A DNA stretch of 64,000 nucleotides from an uncultured bacterium (GTDB taxonomy: Bacteria; Verrucomicrobiota; Verrucomicrobiia; Verrucomicrobiales; DEV007): positions 64,001 to 128,000 of the forward strand of contig CAXBMO010000003.1 in the NCBI GenBank assembly GCA_963977015.1. Direction: 5' to 3'. Shown here piece by piece: positions 59,148 to 64,000 of the stretch (position 1 is its first letter; each line of letters opens with the position of its first letter). Position numbers and translations under genes: made by a program. The notes beneath the pieces are model-generated. The model worked only from the letters and a program-made list of their open reading frames with translations. It did no database searches and had not been told where the DNA came from.

Positions 59148-60548
59148 ATGCCTCAGAAGACCAGGAGACTAGGAACCATGCTTGCTCGTTTTTCAGGCCT
59201 CCTCAGTTGGGTGATTGCATCCACGTTGTTGGCAGCTGCCGATCGACCGAATATCGTTCTGGTTCTTTGTGATGACCTTCGGGCTGATGCCCTGGGGTGC
59301 ATGGGGCACCCTTGGGCGCAAACGCCCAATATCGATCAGTTGTCGGTCGATGGAGTGACGTTTGATCGTGCCTTTGCCGTGAGTGCAATTTCCGTCACGA
59401 GTCGTGGGAATCTGCTGACGGGCCAATATGCTGCGCTTAGTAAATGGCGGCATGGAGATTTTCGGGGCAAGGAGCTGACTGCATCACAGCTGCGTCAAAC
59501 CTACCTGTCGAAACTCAAGCTTGCAGGATACCGCGTGAATTATGTTGGGAAGTGGGGAATCGGCACTCCTCCACGGGCGTTCTTTGATCAGAACCTCGCC
59601 TTTGGTGGGGAAGGGCATTATCAAACGAGTGAGGAGGAGCCGCATCTTACCGCAGCGACTGCCGCACAGGCGGTATCAGTGATTCAAAACGGCGACGGGA
59701 GGCCATTTTTCCTGGGAATCGGCTTCAAAGCGCCGCAAGCAGAGGAAGGGAAGAAGCCGCTTTTTTACCCCTATGATGTGAATCTGGTGGGTGATCTTTA
59801 TACGGATATTCTGGTCGGGCGACCTTCGCTCTCTGGTCCGGACTACTTCAACGGATTACCCGACTTCATGAAACGATCGTTGAACCGTGAGCATTGGGGC
59901 TACCAACTCAGTTCACCCGAATTGTTCAGGAGTTCGGTGAAGGGATATCATCGTCTCGTCGCTGGTGTTGATCATGCAGTTGGGCAAATTGTTGATGCCC
60001 TGGAAGAGTCTGGGCAGATGGAAAACACGGTGATGATTTTCACTTCGGTTCACGGCACTTATCTTGGAACCCGAGGGTTCGCCGGTGCGTGGTTGCCGCA
60101 TGAGCCCAGTATCGCCATCCCCTTGATCATCGTCGATCCCAGGCTTCCGGTGACGGAGCGCGGACGTCGCAACGAATTCGCGCTGACCATCGATTTGGCT
60201 TCCACCATCCTTGAGTTGGCAGGGACCGATCCGATGCCGGGAAGTCAAGGGAAGAGCTTGCTGCCCATTCTTGAGGGTGGCGCGCCGGAAGACTGGCGCG
60301 ACGAGTTCTTCTACGAACACTATTTCATGCCCTTCAAAATCCCCGCAACGGAAGCGGTGAGGACGGAGCGATGGAAATACATCCGCTATATGAATTCCGA
60401 CCCACTCTTTGAGGAACTCTACGACCTCTCCAAGGATCCCCTGGAAGAACGGAATCTGATTGGCAACGTTGATTACGCTTTTGTTCATCGGATGATGGAG
60501 AAGAAATGGCTCGAACATCATGAGAAGGTAAAGCTTCGGGTTCGCTAA
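59148..60548 (+). CDS. S1 sulfatase-family protein with substituted active site
   Basis: RPNIVLVLCDD, TPNID.L...G, SRGNLLTGQY, D.AVGQI, IPLII.DP, VRTERWKY, ELYDL..DP.E..NL. Catalytic residues are altered. Confidence 0.88.
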   Translation: MPQKTRRLGTMLARFSGLLSWVIASTLLAAADRPNIVLVLCDDLRADALGCMGHPWAQTPNIDQLSVDGVTFDRAFAVSAISVTSRGNLLTGQYAALSKWRHGDFRGKELTASQLRQTYLSKLKLAGYRVNYVGKWGIGTPPRAFFDQNLAFGGEGHYQTSEEEPHLTAATAAQAVSVIQNGDGRPFFLGIGFKAPQAEEGKKPLFYPYDVNLVGDLYTDILVGRPSLSGPDYFNGLPDFMKRSLNREHWGYQLSSPELFRSSVKGYHRLVAGVDHAVGQIVDALEESGQMENTVMIFTSVHGTYLGTRGFAGAWLPHEPSIAIPLIIVDPRLPVTERGRRNEFALTIDLASTILELAGTDPMPGSQGKSLLPILEGGAPEDWRDEFFYEHYFMPFKIPATEAVRTERWKYIRYMNSDPLFEELYDLSKDPLEERNLIGNVDYAFVHRMMEKKWLEHHEKVKLRVR

Positions 60549-60565
60549 ATACAGGTGAGACAAGC

Positions 60566-61126
60566 ATGATCAAGATTGATGACGAAAATCCCTGGAAAAC
60601 GCATTCCGACAAAACGGTTTACGAAAATCCATGGATCAAGGTGGTCGAGAATCAGGTCACCAACCCGAACGGCGGACGTGGGATCTATGGAGTGGTCCAC
60701 TTTCAACACATCGCGATTGGAGTGATTCCGGTCGATGAGGAAGATCACACTTGGTTGGTCGGGCAATATCGCTATGCTCAGAATCGTTTTGAGTGGGAGA
60801 TACCGGAAGGTGGAGGCAAGCCGGATGTGGACCCGGTCGAAAGTGCAAGACGGGAACTGCGGGAGGAAACCGGGATACTCGCCAAGGATTTTGAATTGAT
60901 TCTAACGGATTTTCAAACCTCCAACTCAGTCTGCAACGAGGTCGGGCAAATTTTCATCGCGCGAGATCTGACGCATCATGCTCCGGAGCCGGAAGAGACC
61001 GAGCAACTTTTCGTGAAACGGCTTCCGCTGACGGACGCATTCGAAATGGTTCACCGCGGCGAAATTCGAGATTCGATGTCAGTGGCCGGACTTCTGAAGC
61101 TGGAAGTCCGGATGCTGAGAGGTTGA
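60566..61126 (+). CDS. NUDIX hydrolase (ADP-ribose pyrophosphatase-like)
   Basis: LVGQYRY, WEIPEGG, Nudix box ESARRELREETG. Confidence 0.93.
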   Translation: MIKIDDENPWKTHSDKTVYENPWIKVVENQVTNPNGGRGIYGVVHFQHIAIGVIPVDEEDHTWLVGQYRYAQNRFEWEIPEGGGKPDVDPVESARRELREETGILAKDFELILTDFQTSNSVCNEVGQIFIARDLTHHAPEPEETEQLFVKRLPLTDAFEMVHRGEIRDSMSVAGLLKLEVRMLRG

Positions 61127-61137
61127 ACTACCTCCCA

Positions 61138-62115
61138 TCATGAGGCGACGAGGGAGGCGAGGACTTTGCGCTTCCCTGAAAACGTTCGCCGCCCATGCAT
61201 GGTCACGTAATTGTCCACCAGGGCGACGTCTCCTGTTTGCCAGGGAACATCAAAGGTGATCTCTTCGGCCAGTTCTGCGGCGCGATTGATGTCAGAGGGA
61301 TCAATTGGTGAGCCATCGCCAAACGTGATCGCTTTTGCGGGATCGTTTCGCGTATCTTTCCAGCCTTTGAACGCAGCGATCAGCTGATTGAAAAACGACT
61401 TTCGCCCATCACCAAGATCCCGCACCGCTTGGAGCTTGGGAGTGGTCGCCTTCAGGCAACCGTCTTCCAACCATTCAAAACGGTAGCCAAGTGTGGCCAT
61501 TGCGGCTTCAGCCTCGCCTCTGGTGTCCACGCTGAAGGTGCTTTGCCAACTGCGACCCATGCCGGAGCCTGCATCGTCTTCCGGGGGCATCACGTTCCGG
61601 TAGAGAAGTCCCTTCGCTTCGCAGTTTTGGGCGAATTCAGGGGACTCCGCCATCAGACGTTCGAAGAGGATATCGGAACGACAAAGCGGTGTCGCCCCGC
61701 CGGTTTCAGCCGCTTGTTCGCAGAAGAAGAAAAGCTTGCTGGGGTAAACCGGCGTTTGCGCCATTTCATGATGGAGAAAAATGGTCACTGCAGGAGGGGC
61801 CTCGTTGGCAGTGAAGACGCGTTCTGTCCGATTGGTTCTGACGGCGTTGGAAAGCGAGTCTTCGTATTTGAAATTGGGCAATCCAAATCCCGAGATGAAG
61901 CCATCAAAATCCAGGTCCGTGATGAGTGGAAACCCCCGAAAGAGAATCGCCCCATGCTCAAAGGCGCGTTGAGCCAACTCCTCTCCATTCGCGGCGAGCC
62001 AGGCGATGATTTCATCGAGCGAGGGATCGTTTCCCTCACATTCCAAAACGAGGGGGAAGAGCGCGCCATGCCATTCCTGTTGCCCGTCTACCTGGCTTTC
62101 ATGGACCGTGATCAT
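61138..62115 (-). CDS. TauD/TfdA family (SyrP-like) Fe/2-oxoglutarate dioxygenase
   Basis: HGAILFRGF, HxE motif LHHEMAQ, GGATP, WQTGDVALVDN...MHGR. Confidence 0.9.
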   Translation of the reverse strand: MITVHESQVDGQQEWHGALFPLVLECEGNDPSLDEIIAWLAANGEELAQRAFEHGAILFRGFPLITDLDFDGFISGFGLPNFKYEDSLSNAVRTNRTERVFTANEAPPAVTIFLHHEMAQTPVYPSKLFFFCEQAAETGGATPLCRSDILFERLMAESPEFAQNCEAKGLLYRNVMPPEDDAGSGMGRSWQSTFSVDTRGEAEAAMATLGYRFEWLEDGCLKATTPKLQAVRDLGDGRKSFFNQLIAAFKGWKDTRNDPAKAITFGDGSPIDPSDINRAAELAEEITFDVPWQTGDVALVDNYVTMHGRRTFSGKRKVLASLVAS

Positions 62116-62158
62116 GCTTCATGATTTACGGTTTACCAGAAATAGGCAAGCCTGGGAT

Positions 62159-62836
62159 TCAAGCGCTCAGTCGCGCGGAGAGAAGCTCGTCAATGATGGC
62201 GTGCCGTTCCAAAGGAGGGAGCTCTGCGAGTCTGGCCTTTGTTCGTTCGATCTTACGGCGAATTCGCTGACGGTCAGTTCGGTCTTTTCCCAGGAATCGA
62301 TAATCATGAAGCCGCTTTGGCTCGGGAAAGTTCATCCAAATTTTCTCCAAACGCAGACCAGTGTGGGTCATGGTTCGAAATTCCGCCGTGCGCCAGCCGG
62401 GGAGGAGTCGCCGGTAGATTTCGTTGTCATAGCCGCTCAAAAGGACCATGCCCGGCCAACGTTTCAGAAGGCGGCAAAGGCGTTCGTGGTCCGCATCGGT
62501 CAGTTCATGTTGGTAGAGCTTCTGCTGGCGCCGGGCCGCATGCACATAGGGTGGATCCGCGTAGAGGAACGAGGATTTTGTATCCGGATGATCCAGGTGT
62601 TGTTCGATGAACTCAAAGGCGTCCTGATTTCGGACCTCCGCAGTAAGTGAGGATTGTAGCTCGGTGGCGGTATCTGGATTTTTTTCAATCACGGTGCAGC
62701 GTTCTGGTGGCGTGATTTGCTGGGCGAGTGTTGCGTTTCCCCCAAAAGATTCGATCAACCATTGGTGCGGTGGGATTTGGTTTATGAGCCACTGGATAAC
62801 GCCGCTGGCGGTTTTTGATCCGGGGACCTTCCTCAT
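62159..62836 (-). CDS. Dam-like (D12 class) N6-adenine DNA methyltransferase, orphan
   Basis: PGSK...LINQIPPH..LIESFGG, VIEK, catalytic YADPPY, LSGY, E.IWMNF. Confidence 0.85.
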   Translation of the reverse strand: MRKVPGSKTASGVIQWLINQIPPHQWLIESFGGNATLAQQITPPERCTVIEKNPDTATELQSSLTAEVRNQDAFEFIEQHLDHPDTKSSFLYADPPYVHAARRQQKLYQHELTDADHERLCRLLKRWPGMVLLSGYDNEIYRRLLPGWRTAEFRTMTHTGLRLEKIWMNFPEPKRLHDYRFLGKDRTDRQRIRRKIERTKARLAELPPLERHAIIDELLSARLSA

Positions 62837-63036
62837 GCTGCACTGAGCTTGAATGGCTGGTTCTGGGTTGGGGAGCAAAACCGACAGGCGCCTACTTTTC
62901 CGCGTTCGCCGGGAGCCGTTGGGGCCTTGGTCCAAATCCCGACATCGCTTTCAAGGATTGTGTAATTGCAAACAGGGCATTCGCGAAGTTGGACAAAGCC
63001 CTTATTGGTTTTGAGGATGGTGACGCGCTCTTTCAC
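62833..63036 (-). CDS. small zinc-ribbon-like hypothetical protein
   Basis: CPVC and CRFC pairs. Its stop overlaps the methyltransferase start (ATGA). Confidence 0.55.
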   Translation of the reverse strand: MKERVTILKTNKGFVQLRECPVCNYTILESDVGIWTKAPTAPGERGKVGACRFCSPTQNQPFKLSAA

Positions 63037-63169
63037 TGCGAAGAGCGTAGTCGTTTCTGTCTACGGTGTCAAACGGCGGAATGAAAGAATGTTCGCAGCT
63101 TTGTCGTTTTTCTACTAAAACCACCTGATACGCCCCTAGAATCTCATTCCCTTCGCCCTTCGTTCCCTT

Positions 63170-64000
63170 ATGAGTGTAAAGCCCCTACTTCTCTGTGTTT
63201 TGGTGGTTATGGTTGCCCCGTGCCTTCGCGCCTTCGAGAAAAAAGCCACACCCGAGCAGCTTGCCTTCTTTGATGAGCAGGTATTTCCGATTCTGAAAGA
63301 GCATTGCTTTGGCTGTCACGGTGAGGACGACAAAATGAAAGGCGATCTGAGGCTTACCAGTCGTGAGGGACTGCTTCATGGCGGCGCGCTCGGATCTTCC
63401 TACAATGCGGAAGCTCCCGAGGAGAGCCTGCTGTTGGCGATGGTCAGTTACAAGGATAGTGAGCATGAAATGCCGCCCAAGGCGAAGCTGGCAGACGACA
63501 AGATTGCGGTTCTCAAAAAATGGATCGAGATGGGAGCCCTCTACAATCCGGAAAAGGAGATTCGCGGTCCGCTGGTTCAGCGGGGACGGCACGTCCAACC
63601 CGAGGATTTCGAATATTGGGCCTATCGGCCGGTGACGGCGTCAACGGAGGATTCCATTGATACCTTGATCGACCAAAGACTCCAGAATGCGGAGATACCA
63701 GCAAATGGGAGGGCCTCGAGAGGCACACTGATTCGACGAGCCTATTACAACTTGATCGGGCTGCCGCCCACGCCATCCGAAGTCGATCAATTCGTGAATG
63801 ATTCGAGGGCGTTCCCGGTGGTTTGGGAGGAATTAATCAGCGAGCTGCTGGCTCGTCCCCAGTATGGTGAGAAGTGGGCCCGGCATTGGTTGGATCTTGT
63901 GCGATATGCGGAGACGAATGGATTCGAGCGCGACAACCCGAAACCTGAGATTTGGCGCTATCGCGATTATGTGATCAACGCCTTCAATGCCGACAAGCCC
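63170..64000 (+). CDS. planctomycete cytochrome c / DUF1549 (PSD1-type) protein, 3' truncated by window edge
   Basis: Absent from the ORF track because there is no stop. Translates as MSVKPLLL...[19 protein letters not shown] (CxxCH)...MPPK..L...WIEMGA...[14 protein letters not shown]...[20 protein letters not shown]...[16 protein letters not shown]. Confidence 0.92.
   Translation, partial: MSVKPLLLCVLVVMVAPCLRAFEKKATPEQLAFFDEQVFPILKEHCFGCHGEDDKMKGDLRLTSREGLLHGGALGSSYNAEAPEESLLLAMVSYKDSEHEMPPKAKLADDKIAVLKKWIEMGALYNPEKEIRGPLVQRGRHVQPEDFEYWAYRPVTASTEDSIDTLIDQRLQNAEIPANGRASRGTLIRRAYYNLIGLPPTPSEVDQFVNDSRAFPVVWEELISELLARPQYGEKWARHWLDLVRYAETNGFERDNPKPEIWRYRDYVINAFNADKP

Overview
A gene-dense bacterial chromosome segment, most likely from a Verrucomicrobia/PVC-superphylum organism. 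This is inferred from a planctomycete-type cytochrome c/DUF1549 protein, a kinase-PEGA-FGE protein, a sulfatase, DUF2853 and the lipoprotein style. It holds about 51 CDSs and one tRNA-Ser(GCT). Most genes are housekeeping or envelope genes: rplI, avtA, pyrD-pyrR-pyrB-pyrC, pyrF, alpha-2-macroglobulin with pbpC, xylB, uxaC, nuoEF, ftsH, trpD, an AddA-like helicase-nuclease, mpl, an RlmD-like methyltransferase and coaD. I found no CRISPR array, rRNA, transposase or integrase. The most unusual item is 40812..41990, an archaeo-eukaryotic primase-polymerase (TOTE-type AEP) domain fused to an intact HAD phosphatase domain. It is transcribed divergently from a xanthine-dehydrogenase-fold gene that has lost its molybdenum-cofactor and catalytic motifs, and an orphan AddA-like gene lies beyond that. 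Other notable items are a perfect Rex-type operator in front of a stand-alone nuoEF pair, a sulfatase with four active-site substitutions, an orphan N6-adenine methyltransferase coupled to a small zinc-ribbon ORF, an orphan EboA and an extended PurC-like protein. All family calls come from motif recognition by eye, not database searches, and start codons are best guesses.
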